DNA of 64,000 nt from Octopus sinensis (Eukaryota): contig NC_043024.1 in NCBI RefSeq assembly GCF_006345805.1, positions 14,136,001 to 14,200,000 of the forward strand, read 5' to 3'. A model generated the notes under the pieces. That model was not told the DNA's origin. It saw nothing but the letters and a program-made list of their open reading frames with translations, and ran no database searches. Below are positions 1 to 14,677 of this stretch, one piece after another (positions within the stretch are counted from its first letter, which is position 1; each line of letters starts with the position of its first letter). The position numbers and the translations under genes are program-made.

Positions 1-231
1 TATATATATATATATATATATATATGCTATCGCGCGCTCACATTTTTGCGTTCTTTTATCTCAATGTCTTATTCTACGTCTATCAACGCTCGGATACATT
101 GCTTGACGAGCGTGCGTGCACATACACACACGCACAACAAATACACACACAGACACACACACGTACGCAACAAATTTAGTAAATCGAAAAGCAAAAAATT
201 ATTAGTGAGAATCTAACAAAATTCCAAACTA

Positions 232-233
<2 letters not shown>

Positions 234-278
<45 letters not shown>

Positions 279-296
279 GCAACAGCAACAACAACC
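234..296. repeat. (CAA)n microsatellite, with a complementary (TTG)n tract at ~460-510
   Basis: Directly visible tandem trinucleotide repeats. Confidence 0.95.
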
Positions 297-1046
297 ATAA
301 AACGACTTGATGCTGCGTTATCAATTGAAGTCTAATGACAATACTATCTATGTTAAGTCAGCTTTATCTCTATAACGTGGTAATTAGACAGGTGCCAGTA
401 ATTAGACTTCTCCTTTTCAATCATAATTACGTATAGCAAGTGGCTTGCTCGTATTTTTTCTGTTGTTGTTGTTGTTGTTGTGGTGGTGGTTGTTGTTATT
501 GTTGTTGTTGCTTGATTCTCGTTTGGTATCAGTCGGAAGGAGAATCTAAGAGCGGCCATTAATCAACAACATCTCAAGGAATTCAACTATTAGATTTTTG
601 ATATTATTGTCACTTGATCATTCCTTACAGTAGTAATTAGCAATGTACGATTGTCAAAGAATTAATTACTTGTTGAATTATAATCCTTGTAATTAGAAAA
701 TCATTCCCGAGAAGAAAAGAAGTAACAGTAGGACAGTGTGGAGAAGCAGGCGCGGCAGAGCGATTTAGTCTTCGCTTTGCAACCACGACGAATCCTGGAT
801 CGATCCCTCACTGCAGCATATTAAGACGCAGTTTTTAACATATCCACGGATCGACCGTTATTTTGTGATGTCAAAGAATTTACCTGGATGTTCATCATTA
901 AATGAGCTTCTGAAGAGGACTTCAGCTGGTACTCCAGGTGAAAATGGGCAATGATTTACCAGCATTACCGACTAGACCTAGTGTCCAAATGATGGTGGTA
1001 AGTCGAGCTTCATCTCACAGATTCTCCTCTTCCACAGCTAGGCATT

Positions 1047-1396
1047 GGGTTGGTTGGGACCCCCTTCCGCTACAACACTGACCATGGGATTGCACATAGA
1101 AAGTTACCCTCCTAGTCTAAAGTCTGGGCAAGGTGGTTTATGGAAGACCAGCAGTCGGCCATGCATACCAGCCTCCCCTCTCCACGCCACCAGTGTTATC
1201 CAAGGGAAAGGCAAAAGGGGCCGATACAGCTCAGCACCAGTGATGTCACAATTCATTTCTACAGCTGAGTGAACTGGAGCAACGTGAAATAAAGTGTCCT
1301 GCTCAAGAACACAGCACGCAGCCCGGACTGGGATTCGAGATCACAACTACACGATCGTAAGCTCGACGCTCTAACCACTAAGCCATGTGCCTTCAC
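1047..1396 (-). mobile_element. tRNA-headed SINE (family C head/body with a different, RTE-5'UTR-like tail)
   Basis: Minus strand starts gtgaaggcacatggcttagtggttagagcg (A box) followed by a tcgaatccc B box. Body tgtgttcttgagcaggacactttatttcacgttgctccag is shared with 2424-2740 and 38532-38850. 9-bp TSD CTAGGCATT at 1038-1046 and 1397-1405. Confidence 0.85.
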
Positions 1397-2172
1397 CTAG
1401 GCATTAATATGTAACTAAATCAGCGAATATGCCTAGCAGATATATTATCTCATCTAGGTCATCCCATAGGACGCCCCTTATTCATAGAGATTTCGGTTGC
1501 TCATACGATCGGAGTCACAGGGCGCTGCTCCATGTGGTGCCGCAGTTTGCATCTAACTAGGAATATTAGGGTCCCACCTATTGTCTTCCAAGTAGGGATG
1601 GAAATGTTTAGACAATTTTGCTGAAAACGACCCGGATGAATAAGAGAGTGATGAGACCGCGAAAAGTTCGGGTTGCAGGGGAAAGAGGTTGGTCACGTAG
1701 TGAATTTAAGGAAGGGAAGTATATAAGAAATAGGGAGTGGGGCAAAAGTAAAGGATATGCATCTCATAGGTGATAGGGTAGGTAGTAGAAGAATAGAAAA
1801 GGAAGTAGAAAGACTGAGATTGTCAGAAAGGGATTTAGGGATACAATGTATTAAGGAGAGAAAAGTAGGTAGTAAAGAAAAAAGTGTGCAAGAGAGGGAA
1901 AAAAATACAGAGAGGATTAAGTGAGAAAGGAAGTCGGAAAAAAAGTTGGGGTTATTATGAAAAGCTCAATAGATAAATAGAGGGGTTGTCGAATAGAATA
2001 GGGAGCACATTAAGGGAAACAGGAAAAGGAGCTTGGCTTTACATGGATTAATATTGGTAATATTATCTTTTATCATTTGAACAAAGCCATACTGGGACAC
2101 CGCCTTGATGACTTTTAGAAGAACAAATCGCCCCTAGATTTCTCGGAGAGATTCTTCTGTGAAATGTCAATA

Positions 2173-2346
2173 GGCGCAGGTGTGGCTGTGTAGTAACTAG
2201 CTTGCTTACCAACCACAAAGTTCCAAGTTCATTCCCACAGCGTGGCACCTTGGACAAGTGTCTTCTACTACAGCCTTGGGCCGAACAAAACCTTGTAAAT
2301 GGATTTAGTAGATGCAAACTAAATGAAGCCGTCGTATATATGTATA

Positions 2347-2415
<69 letters not shown>

Positions 2416-2745
2416 ATATTTAAGACTCCGCCGGTTACGACGACGAGGGTCCCAGCTGATACGATCACGGAACAACTTGCTCGTGAAATTAACGTGCAAA
2501 TGGCTGAGCATTCCACAGACACGTGTACCCTTAACGTAGTTCTCGGGGATAATCAGCGTGACACAGAGAGTGACAGGCTGACCCTTTGAAATACAAGTAC
2601 AACTCATTTTTGCCAGCTGAGTGGACTGGAGCAACGTGAAATAAAGTGTCTTGCTCAAGGACACAACGCGTCGCCGGGAATCGAACTCACAACCTTACGA
2701 TCATGAGCCGAATGCCCTAACCACTAAGCCACGCGCCCTCGTATG

Positions 2746-2800
<55 letters not shown>

Positions 2801-3012
2801 ATGTGTGTATATGTTTGAGTGTCTGTGTTTGTCTGCCACCATCGCTTGACGACAAATGGTGGTTTGTTTATGTCCCCGTAACTTAGCGATTCAGCAAAAA
2901 AGACTGATATAATAAGTCCTATATTACAAAGAATAAGTCCTTGGGTCCATTTGCTCGACTAAAGGCAGTGCTCCAGCATGGCCACAGTCAAATGACTGAA
3001 ACAAATAAAAGC
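2173..3012 (+). mobile_element. SINE family A copy interrupted by a family C SINE in its internal (TA)n
   Basis: ggcgcaggtgtggctgtgtagtaa head, internal TA/TG microsatellite, tail ctccagcatggccacagtcaaatgactgaaac. More than 12 homologous copies in the window. Confidence 0.9.
2424..2740 (-). mobile_element. SINE family C (tRNA-derived), young copy
   Basis: Near-identical reverse complement of 38532-38850; A box tggcttagtgg, B box gttcgattcc. Confidence 0.9.
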
Positions 3013-3170
3013 TTAAAATGAGAGCAAGTGTAAAATATAACGTCTCACATATCAGAAAATTACACACACACGCGCGCACACATACGTACACATGCACACG
3101 CCGCACGCACAAGCACACACGCCGCACGCACACACACACATATATATGTGTATATAAGTGTATGTATACG

Positions 3171-3216
<46 letters not shown>

Positions 3217-3743
3217 TATATATATACACATATATATAAAGAGGTTTAGTTTATTCATCTATCTACATTGTTTAATGTACGGAACTCGAGACATTTAAGA
3301 AATATGGAGATGAGGTCAGATATATATAATTTCCGCTATTTTCTCTCTACCAAAAGAGGAAATGGTAATTAGTTTGAATACAACAGGTTATTTTCTGTTA
3401 AGATTTATCGGAATGTTTCTTCCAAGAAAGGCCAATAAAACACAACGTCTCAGATACAACAAAATTGTACACACACACGTACACAACCATATATGCATAT
3501 ATAAATAACCAGCCCCCACACACAAACGCACACGCACATATATGTATGTGTGTGTTTATATATGTATATATATATATATACAAATCTCCACATAAGTCAC
3601 ACAATACATATAGATAACATACATACATAGAACAGCCCACAAGCAAATGAATTCATATATATACAAAATGTATGTATACACACACACGTTCACAGATGTA
3701 TTTCAGCATGCAAGTAAGCTATAATACTGAATATATACATATA

Positions 3744-4482
3744 TACTTGGTGCGATGGGTGAATTGTCACCATTTCATAATCTTTATTTCGAGCTTATTC
3801 TTTGATTTTGGTTTTGTCAACAACACAGTATAGTAGGATCAGTTGGACACCACCTCTGAGAAAAACAGCACCTTGACGCAATTCACAATTCCAGAAATTT
3901 GGAAAGGACATGCTGTACTGCTTGGCATTCGAGCCCGAAGCACCGTTACGAACTGAGAGTGATAAAATTCAACATCCACTCAACATCATGATATTTGTAG
4001 TGATCACTAGTGATGGCGACGTTGTTCCGCCATTCATCTTCTCGCACGTTCTAAGAATTAACACGTTGGCCTACATCAAGTGACTGCAGAAAGTATGGCC
4101 GCCCTGACTCAAGAGGGTGGATGCTGGAAGAGGCTGTGTCTGGCAACAGAACTCTGCATCATGCCACACAATCAGGTGTACCCAGTCATGGCTGTCGGAC
4201 AATTTCTGCAACAAAACCACCCCTATCATCTGGCCACCTAACTCCGCAGACTGCAACACCCTTGATTGTTATGAGTGGGGCACTGTTAAGCGAGAGAGAA
4301 GAAACATTCCCTTGTAACACCAAAGATGAACTGAAGGCAAGGATTATGGCAGCATTCACTAACTTAAACAAGAATACCATCCAGAAGAGTTGCAGGACAT
4401 TCTGAAGACGTCTGGAAGATGTGGTGCTTCAGCCTGGCCGTAGTTTAATTATTAGACGACAATTTGTTACCCGCAACATGTA
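3744..4482 (+). mobile_element. Decayed Tc1/mariner transposon, DD37D (maT-like), internally deleted
   Basis: ORF 4117-4317 reads WQQNSASCH...WPPNSADCNTLD, matching WQQDSAPCH...WPPNSPDLNPLD with 37 residues between the last two catalytic positions. Imperfect TIRs at ~3744-3770 and ~4455-4482 with TA ends. Confidence 0.8.
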
Positions 4483-4485
4483 ATG

Positions 4486-4542
<57 letters not shown>

Positions 4543-4704
4543 CTGAGTGAGTGTGTGTGTAATATTTTTATAGCTGTACACATACATGTATATATGTGCG
4601 TGTGTATTTGTTTATAATTTATATATATATATATATAATATATATATATATATAATATTATAGATATATATATATATATATAGATATATAGATATATATA
4701 TATC

Positions 4705-4737
<33 letters not shown>

Positions 4738-5530
4738 GATATATATAATATATATATATATGTATATAATTAATGTATTTATGAATATATATGATACATT
4801 TATATATAATACTTATATGTGTATATGTTTGTGTGTATGTGGAAGCATATATTTCTGTGCCGTCCCTCCCCCTCTCTCTACGCACACACACATATATATA
4901 TATATATGTATTTATATGTATATATATATATATATACACGCACGCGCACATACATGCATATGAGCGTGGTGGTGCACGCGCGCATGTTCCTGTGTGCCGC
5001 GGATATTTATATACAAATATATACAGTTTATATTTTTAGTGCAGTTATTCCTTTCACTGTTTGGACTGGCGCCATTCCTAGTCTGGTCGACCAAATTGGT
5101 CCCAGATTTTTTTTTTCTACGGCAAGGTATTTATTTTATATTTGTTTTTGAGAAAAAAGATACAGGAAAACACGATAATTTACGAGGTCAGTAATCAAAC
5201 AAATTTCGTTGTCAAATTATTGGACATAACCAACTAAACACACACGTGCAGATATGCAAGTATAATACATACACATACACATTCACAAATGCGTACATAT
5301 ACTCATACATGTACATGCATTTTTACATACATTTATACATCAATATACATGCACACATACATACATACATACTCACACATACATACATACGTATAAACAT
5401 TTAAGATATATATTAATATTCATACATACATTTATACATAGATTCATTCACATATAAAGACATATTCACACACACATATATATATATATACACCAACGTA
5501 GGTACATAGCTACATACTTACGTACATACA

Positions 5531-5902
5531 ATTATTGGGGCACTGGGATATGTAACACACTGCCTAAATAACAATCTTGAGAAATTAGGATTCTCAAAAC
5601 CAAAAAGGAGAAAGCTAATTCGAAGACTACAGATCAAATCCATCACTGGAACTGTAAAAGTCTGTAAGAATTTCCAGACGTTTATCATTTAAATATATAT
5701 ATGTCTAGATATATAACTATATGCATGAGAAAAAAAATACAAATCTGCACATATATACAGACATGCATACATCCATACATATATACATACATACATACGA
5801 CAATACTGCCGTTGATGTTGAAATCCCAATAGAAGTACCTTGGATCTAAGTTAGAAACCGGTTCTTTCTCTATTAGCCAGAAGTCTTCAAATAAACTGAA
5901 TA
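5531..5902 (+). mobile_element. 3' end of an R4/Dong-clade non-LTR retrotransposon (ORF end plus 3' UTR)
   Basis: 5531-5692 translates IIGALGYVTHCLNNNLEKLGFSKPKRRKLIRRLQIKSITGTVKVCKNFQTFII*, matching the 'IGALG.V...L..LG...LQ....GT' C-terminus of R4-type REL elements. Confidence 0.7.
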
Positions 5903-5904
5903 AT

Positions 5905-5980
<76 letters not shown>

Positions 5981-6030
5981 TCACAGAGACATTTTGGCAA
6001 TCATACACACATGCATCCATTTATACACAC

Positions 6031-6067
<37 letters not shown>

Positions 6068-6399
6068 CATATATAGTCTTCACACACACACACACACATA
6101 TATATGTGTGTGTGTGTATGTGTGTGTGTGTGGTGTGTGTGTGTGTGTACGTATATATAAGGATTAAAATGAGTGCTCAACACGACATACGTGGATATAA
6201 TTGCTTTATATGGGAACTAAGGAAACCATTGTCTTCATGTTAAGAATAGGAAAATATCCTAGCGTCTTAATAATTTTATAAGCCGATCACATGCAGAAAG
6301 TTGTTCGTCTCCATTTTGCAAAACAAATCTATGCACACACGTATGTATCTATGTATATGTATGTACATGCTTATATCGAACGGGTTCAGTGAGTTGTAA

Positions 6400-6825
6400 A
6401 CACCGCATTGGTAGATAAACGTTTTTTTTTATTTGTATTAGAGCAGAGAGCAATAGCAGATATCAAAAAAGCATTCTGTGCAACGATAAAATCACTGTCA
6501 ATCGACCACCATATATATATATATATATATATGATTATCATAATTGTGTACGCTGCTTACAACCTCTTACGAATAGGGGTTTTGTTTACGGACATGTACC
6601 ATATTCGAATCGTCAATGTTTGAATCAAAGTCGATGAGGTAAGAACAGCAGAGACAGACGATTGAATGAGCAACAAGCTATCATTTTATTTCGAGACGCC
6701 GAAAGGATGAGATTGGAAACTGACCTTGGCAGTTTTTGAACCGAGAGAGCAGAGAGCAGGAACTGCCTTTGCAAAGCATTCTTGTACAACGTTGCATTCA
6801 CTGTCAATCGACCGCGATTCATGTA
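6400..6825. mobile_element. DNA-transposon (mariner-like) terminal fragments
   Basis: Two diverged ~75-bp copies (agagcagagagca...aaagcattct...caacg...tcactgtcaatcgacc) ending at ~6510 and ~6815, each followed by TA. Confidence 0.5.
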
Positions 6826-6884
6826 TACACATACACACATACTTATATACATACATGCATACATACGTATATAAATATATACAC

Positions 6885-6930
<46 letters not shown>

Positions 6931-6946
6931 CACATAAATATACATA

Positions 6947-6980
<34 letters not shown>

Positions 6981-6996
6981 ACATAAATATCCATAT

Positions 6997-7028
<32 letters not shown>

Positions 7029-7139
7029 CACAAACAACATTCATACATCTGCATATATCAATATATCCATAAGTATATACATATATGCAAGTATATATAT
7101 ATATGTATATATATAGAAATATACATATATATGTATAGG

Positions 7140-7225
<86 letters not shown>

Positions 7226-7990
7226 CATACATATATATATACGTACAAATGTTTCTGTGTGTGTAACCGGGTGTAAACTCTCATGCATACCATTTATGAA
7301 TTAATGGAAAAAATCTGGATTTATTTTCGTCTCTTTACGATTTTCCTGACTGGAAATCCCAGTTGGGTCATCTTTGCCTTTCATCGTCGCCCAGGTCGAT
7401 AGAAAAAATTTCCAGTGAGGAAATTTAGTACTCGCTCTGTATACCACTTTCTTCCCTCACCTTTCCTCTCCATCTCTCTCTCTCTCTCTCTGTCCATCAA
7501 TCTCTCTACATCTATCCTTTTATCTAACTCTCTCTCTATCTCTATCTATCTTTTCTATAAAGTCATATATTTATATAATTTCGCTCAGCAAAATAACAAG
7601 CACAGAAATGACATTGTTATTAAAATGTAATCTACTTTTCTACAATAGCAAAGAGCAGAAGTCAATTTTCTAAGCTAAACAGACATCGCTGTAAACATAT
7701 CGATCTCTCACTATTTGTATTCTATAATCTGGAATTCGTGTATTCAGTCAGGTCTGCTACCAAAAAAAAAAAAAAAAAAAAAAACAGCTGTTTAATGAGT
7801 TTAAAAATACAATTGTATAAGATGAACCATTAATTTAATAGCAATGCTGGTCATTATTTTTAGCAACAAGTATAATTGATCTTGTGTAACATAGAGACAT
7901 ACTATTTATATAGGATAGTCAAAAATTTATAAACACACATGCACTAGTGTCTATACGCTAAAATACATAGAGTGATACTTGCAAATATGC

Positions 7991-8026
<36 letters not shown>

Positions 8027-8027
<1 letters not shown>

Positions 8028-8189
8028 GGCTGTGTGGTAAGTAGCTTGCTTACCAACCACATGGTTCCGGACTCAGTCCCACTGCGTGGCACATTGGGCA
8101 AGTGTCTTCTACTATAGCCTCGAGCCGATCACACATTTGTGAGTGGATTTGGTGGACGGAAACTGAAAGAAGCCCGTCGTATATATGTG

Positions 8190-8243
<54 letters not shown>

Positions 8244-8460
8244 TGTTTCTGTATTTGTCCCCCTAGCATTGCTTCACAACCGTTGCTGGTGTGTTTATGT
8301 CCCCGTCACTTAGCGGTTCGGCAAAAGACCGATAGAATAAGTACTGGGCTTACAAAGAATAAGTCCCGGGGTTGAGTTGCTCGATTAAAGGCAGTGCTCC
8401 AGCATGGCCGCAGTCAAATGACTGAAACAAGTAAAAGAGTAAAACAGAGAGTAAAAGAAT
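8027..8460 (+). mobile_element. SINE family A
   Basis: Homologous to 25405-25830 along its whole length. Confidence 0.9.
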
Positions 8461-9562
8461 GTATAATAATAATAGGGAGTAAATCCAAACTTACATGGAA
8501 AAATTAGATTTAGGATTAAATCAAATAAATTAAAAATTTTTAATTTAAATAATTTAATTTTAAATTTTATATTTTATATATTTTGAATATTATATTAATT
8601 ATATTTATTTTTATGTTTTGCTTTATGTTTTTCACTGTTTGATTTGGCTAATAGTGGTTTTATCTCTAATATAATTTACATTTATATATATATATATATA
8701 TATGTACGAGTGAGTATATAAATAAGAATGTGTCATATGTGTATGCGTGTCGATTTTTATTTACCAAATACACTAAAAAAAAACCCAACATACACACACA
8801 CAAACTAACATACACATATGTGCATTAGAAGTGTGTTTATGTGGAATATATACACACATGTACCTAATTGCATATATCGGTCGTTCTCTACATGTGCACA
8901 TAGATGATATGCATGCACGCAAGTACACAAGCAAAGCACACCAATACATGTATATATAATCACACACGCACATCCACACAGTTATACTCATAATTGTATG
9001 TACGTGCGTGTGTTGTGCGTATAATTGCATGTACCTGCTGACTCTATATATGCGTTCATAAATGCTTACGTACACACATAGACACATGCACACTCATATA
9101 TACATACCAACATAAACCCCATATTATGCTTCTTTTTACTTGTTTCGGGCATTTGACTGTGGCCTTGCTGGAGTACCGACGTAAAAAGTGTTAGTCTTTG
9201 AAATCCTCCTCAGGATTTATTCTTTGTAAGCCTAGGAATTATTTTATCGGGGACTCTTGTCGAACCGCTAGATTACGTGGACGTAAACACACCAGCAATG
9301 CTTGTCAAGCAATGACGAGCGGCAAAAATCCACACACACACACCACCACCCACACACACACACAAAACCACACACACAACACACACATCATATATCTATA
9401 TATATATATTATATATATATATATATTATATATAATATTTCTGTGTGTGTGTGTGTGTATAAATATGGAGTGAAAATAGCAGAGAAATAAATCTAAGAAC
9501 CAAGACGTTTCAATTAAGAATAATTTGATAAAATGATTTTAAAATTATATAAAGAAATATAG

Positions 9563-9605
9563 AATATTACGAGTTTCGATGATGAATTTCATTTTATCAA
9601 ATATT
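9563..9605 (-). ncRNA. Minimal type I hammerhead motif, U3-A8 core
   Basis: Minus strand: AAUAU-UUGAUAA-a-AUGA-aauuca-UCAU-c-GAAA-CUCG-UA-AUAUU. Confidence 0.6.
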
Positions 9606-9879
9606 AGTAAAAAATTTTTTTTTTAAATGAGGTGTAAACTATTTATCTTCTTTTTGGGTGTCAAAAAATGTCTGGAGTTTTTTCGCTGAACCCTTCTTTA
9701 AATATAGTTTAAAAGAAACTATATTTAAAGAAGGGTTCAACGAAAGGTGTTAGACTTCAAGGTGTTAGAGAGAAAGAGGGGCAGTTGCTGTGTATTGTCT
9801 AAAAATCCCCTGTGTCTTCCTGCCAAAGAGTGACTTAAAAACATTTATTGAATGGGTTTTATATATACCTCCGTGTAAG

Positions 9880-9910
<31 letters not shown>

Positions 9911-11127
9911 TGTGTGTGTATGTGTGTGTATTGTGTTGAATGTCCTTTAAATATGTTTGGAATGTGACCAACTGTGTGTTGATGGGTGAGTATGTTGTGA
10001 TGAAAGTCTTGTTAAGGAAAGAATTAGGGTTTTCCCTTGAGTTTGATATTTGCTTTTGAGTTTCTCCACCGGTGCCTACGTCTCCGTGCGTGATGCTTTT
10101 ATTTAGGTGACACCAGATGCGTGTATCTGTGTGTGTGTGTGTTTGCACTGTTTTTATTTTCTGTGTATGTGTGTGTTCTTATGTGTGTGTGTTTGTGTGT
10201 GTGCGGAGATGTTCATGTGTGTGTTTTTTGTGATATTTTAGTGTGTATGTTTTGTGTTTGTACAGACGTGTGTGTGTAGGGTTTTTGCGATGTTTTTGTT
10301 TTGTGTGTATGTGTATATATGCGTGTGCTTGTGTTTGTGTTTACAAAAATAGCACACACACACACACAAACACATAAACACATAAACATAGTATGGTTTT
10401 TATTCCAACAAACGGTTTTTATTACAACACATTGCTACCTATGCTACTACGTGTACAGGTTATTATTGCTACCAATTAAACAACGCAGTTTGAAGTCTGC
10501 ATCGGTTCATCCATTTAATACAACCTACTTATGTCATTTCAGTAGCAGTTTTCTCCATTTTGAACAGAAGCAATGCGTGGACCATAGGAGCAGTCGTACG
10601 TACCCCAGAAAAGGGGAGGTTTCTATTCCCCGGCGGCCCGATTGCTCATTTTGTGAAAATTTTTAAGTGTCAAAAACCATCTTTGGAACATGAGTAATGT
10701 ATATTCCCAGTTTGGAGATAATCAATCGCACACTTCCGAAGTTCTGCCGGTTTATATATATATATGCACATACACACACATACGCATACACACACATACA
10801 TAGACACACACACATCCTCAATTGTATATATTAACATAAGTACCTCATCAAGAGTAATCTCAGTTGAAGCAACCACAGAAACATGCTATGCGGTCGTTAA
10901 AACTGTTTACCCAGGGAAAGGATTTTTCTGCCCCCAGGAGGCCCCATTACTCATTATATGAAAAGCTTTAAGAGTCTAAAACCATTCTCTGGAACATAAC
11001 TAATATATATGTTCCCAGGTTGGAGAAAATCAGTTGCGAATTTCAAACTTTTGTGGGTATACACACACACATCCTCAGTTATATATATATATATTATATA
11101 TATATATATAGGTATATATCTATCTAA

Positions 11128-11171
<44 letters not shown>

Positions 11172-11172
11172 T

Positions 11173-11235
<63 letters not shown>

Positions 11236-11752
11236 TGTAGGTAGATACATACATACTTACATACATATATACATACATACATGTAGCTGTGTTGATGTGT
11301 GTTACGCAGAATACAAACAATAGATTTTTCTTTAAATTTAACTATAAGTAGTTTCCTGTCGCAGTGACAGTCTATAGAGAAATATCTGCCGACTGACAGA
11401 TATTTGCAACTATGATTACAAGTTACGATAAAAGAAGCCGTTGGTTGATGAATGCTCTTACCGCAAGTAACTATTACTTCTCACAATGAAACGATATACA
11501 CATATGTAAATTTGTGTGTTGACACATACGGGAATGTTGTGTGTATGGACCTCGATGTATATATATATATATATGAACGTTATAAACATTACGAAATATT
11601 TTTAAAAAGTTTAACACACGTATTGTACAAAAAATGTTAATACAATAATAAAAAGTAGACCATATAAATTTATTCAACTGATATATTATTCTGTACACAT
11701 TTACACACATTCGGTAAAAAGAAATATATATATACATATACATATGTATGCA

Positions 11753-11803
<51 letters not shown>

Positions 11804-11887
11804 TCTCTCTCTCTCTTACCCTATATATCAAGTTAGACATGGCCTGGACCAACCTTTGGTCGAATTATATCTAAGTTTTATAGTTAC

Positions 11888-11947
<60 letters not shown>

Positions 11948-12012
11948 ATGAATGCATGTATATGTATATATATACATGTATATATGCATGAATATATGCT
12001 TATATATATATG

Positions 12013-12045
<33 letters not shown>

Positions 12046-12643
12046 ATATATATATATAGTTTTATATATATATATATATATATACATACATACATACATA
12101 TATATATGTATAATTATGCAAATGCCCTTGTATACAATTAGGCTAATATATATACATTTAGAGACGCATGCGTATAAACTCATCCTAGTACGGATACATG
12201 CACATATATGTAAGCACTCACACATGTGCGTGTCCTTGCATACTAGTTCGTACGTCACGGCATATAGGTATTCGTGTATGTCTATATCCGGGGCAGAAAT
12301 AAATAAATCACATGTAATATCGATCGATGAGGATTTACCATCTATGATAACTGCTGGATATTTCTGTCTGACTCGGAATCGCTGTGGAAGGCCAGAGTGA
12401 AAAGAAGTGCAGAAAGTTGTACGAAGAAGAAACACATGAAGTCCTTGTACAGAACGTAAAGTCGTCCTTGTAGTAGTGACTGGAACAGATTTGGCCATTT
12501 CCGTGGAATCTTAAATTACAAGATTTTGGAAAAAATTCTATCTATTAGCATCATTTCTCATATAAGAAAAATAATAAGCGAATAAAATATTTGGCCCTTT
12601 ATATATATATATATAATTTGATACTGATTAGAAGATCGAAAAT

Positions 12644-12687
12644 CCACCTGAAGATTGTCGGTAGCAGACATGAAACATTTGTAGTGG
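12644..12687 (+). ncRNA. Minimal type I hammerhead motif, canonical C3-G8 core
   Basis: CCAC-CUGAAGA-u-UGUC-gguagca-GACA-u-GAAA-C-auuu-G-UA-GUGG. Confidence 0.7.
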
Positions 12688-13224
12688 CGGTTTATTTAAT
12701 TTATATTAAAATTTTATGTATTGATTAAGTCTTTCCTTGTTTGGTTTTAAAATAGTGGTTTTGTCTCGAATTATATTATATAATATTTTACTATAAAATT
12801 GGATTTAACCCTAAATCTGATTTTTTCCCTGTAATTTTGGATTCATTCCCTAATATTTATTATTATTTATATATATATATATATATATATACATACATAA
12901 TTATAGTCATTCAGGACCTATAATCCTTTAAGGGATTCTAGCATCCTCGTTGTCCGGTTATGCATTTTAAATATTTATGAATGAGAAAAACAAAAAAGGA
13001 AGGAAAATGGAGAAACTGACATGCGGACATCAGTTTATTTAAAGATATTCAAATCCATATAAGGAAATTCCAGACCCACGTCCAAAATAATTTGGACGGA
13101 AAATATATGCATTCTATATACGAGATCAGAACAGTACTAGAAGGGGTCTTTTTCGTCTTGTCACGGAGATGTGAATTTTGGTAGAGAGAACTTGCAAGTC
13201 TACCAGATAGATGGAAGATAATTG

Positions 13225-13300
<76 letters not shown>

Positions 13301-13575
13301 CAGATAGAAAAAGCCATAGATACATGATAAACTTATTGAGTGATTGTTTGATTGATAGATCGTTAAATAGGTAAAGATACACACGCAGATATGGAGATAT
13401 ATCAGATACGGTGTCCGTTTATCTTTTCAAATAGCCATCGCAGACATACATATATAACATATATACATGCCTACATATATACACATCTATGTATGTTTGT
13501 ATGTCTTTACATATATATATATATATATATAATATATATATATAATATATTATATATTACACATATATATTTATA

Positions 13576-13619
<44 letters not shown>

Positions 13620-14286
13620 TACATATATATACATATATATATATTTATATATGTATACAATATAATATATGTTTGTCTGTGTCTATATAATATACATATA
13701 TATATATGATAAAAAGCTTTTTGATATCTGAGAATATCAAATGACATACTGCCTTCTGCAAGCTAGAAGACAACATAATACGTTATATAATAATAGCGTA
13801 GCAGGATTGAGCTGAGCTGTGTGATTATGGCCAATGCCCGTAAAGGAGAGTGATGTGAGTTATTGCTGAACGCATAACAGGCATCAATTGTTCAGCGAAC
13901 GGACATAAACGAACTATATCCTACACTGATGTACGTTCCCTGATTGATTAGATATAGATTTAGTTTCGATTAGTCCAGCAGGATGAGTAATTGTCTCTGT
14001 TGTTGATGTTGGTCGTGTTGTCGGCGGTGCTTCAGAAGTTGTATGTTTTAGCCCCTGGTCAGCGGTCAGCAGGCAGATATATAGTCAATGTCCGTCAGAA
14101 AATTGTTTTACTACATAGAGTATATAAAGCATGAGTAATCTTTTCTGAAATGCGGGCCGCGCGAGGCCCGGATCCTTGTTAGGTGAAGTACAATATTACA
14201 AAAAATTAAAGGTAATATTTGTTTGGATATGACATTCAGAAAATCCTTAGGACGGGCATTATACCCATGGTTCTTAGTATAGTAAA

Positions 14287-14677
14287 CTAGCAGTATCGCT
14301 CGGCGTTTCTCGGATTTGTTTCGACCCTTTAGAATTGGAATTCTTGAAAACTAAAAATTGTGCATTATGTAGCTTGTTATTCTCTTTAAGTGAACATTTT
14401 TCTGGTTGAAATACACCGAAAAATGGCGACACTGCAGTAAAAAAGTCGTAAAAAATAGGGATTTTCATAGAAAAAAAGCACCTTTTTGATGTAAATAATT
14501 TTTGGTGTTAAAATGGTCCGATTTGATTTTTTTTACTACAGAATGAAGAGCAAGCCTTCTTCTATCATACTCTCAATTTTGGTCAACTTGCGCTGCAGGT
14601 TCTCGAAGGAGATAGTGTTAGTTGAAGGCTACCAAACCTGCCACACAGATAACTTCAGCTTTATATATATATATAGA
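14287..14677 (-). mobile_element. Non-autonomous Helitron-like element
   Basis: Minus strand begins aTCtatatat and ends ccgagaaacgccgagcgatactgCTAGt (hairpin-like segment plus CTAG). Same terminus at 30727, related one at 51627. Further Helitron-like 5' ends at ~14790 and ~15390. Confidence 0.7.

Noticed and set aside
1645-1672. GTGATGAGACCGCGAAAAGTTC, HHR-like words
   Set aside because: G3/G8 mismatch and no stems I or II
5825-5870. GAAACCGGTT palindrome resembling HHR helix III in the R4 3' UTR
   Set aside because: No NUGANNA core with 3-8 pairing and a matching stem I upstream
12905-12965. Pseudoknot-like pairing (GGAC/GTCC, GCAT/ATGC) reminiscent of an HDV-like ribozyme
   Set aside because: No convincing P3 or catalytic C in J4/2; single copy in the window
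13700-14280. Possible plus-strand Helitron ending in a gacgggcattatacccatgg hairpin plus TTAG
   Set aside because: Terminus is non-canonical and there is no second copy; left uncalled
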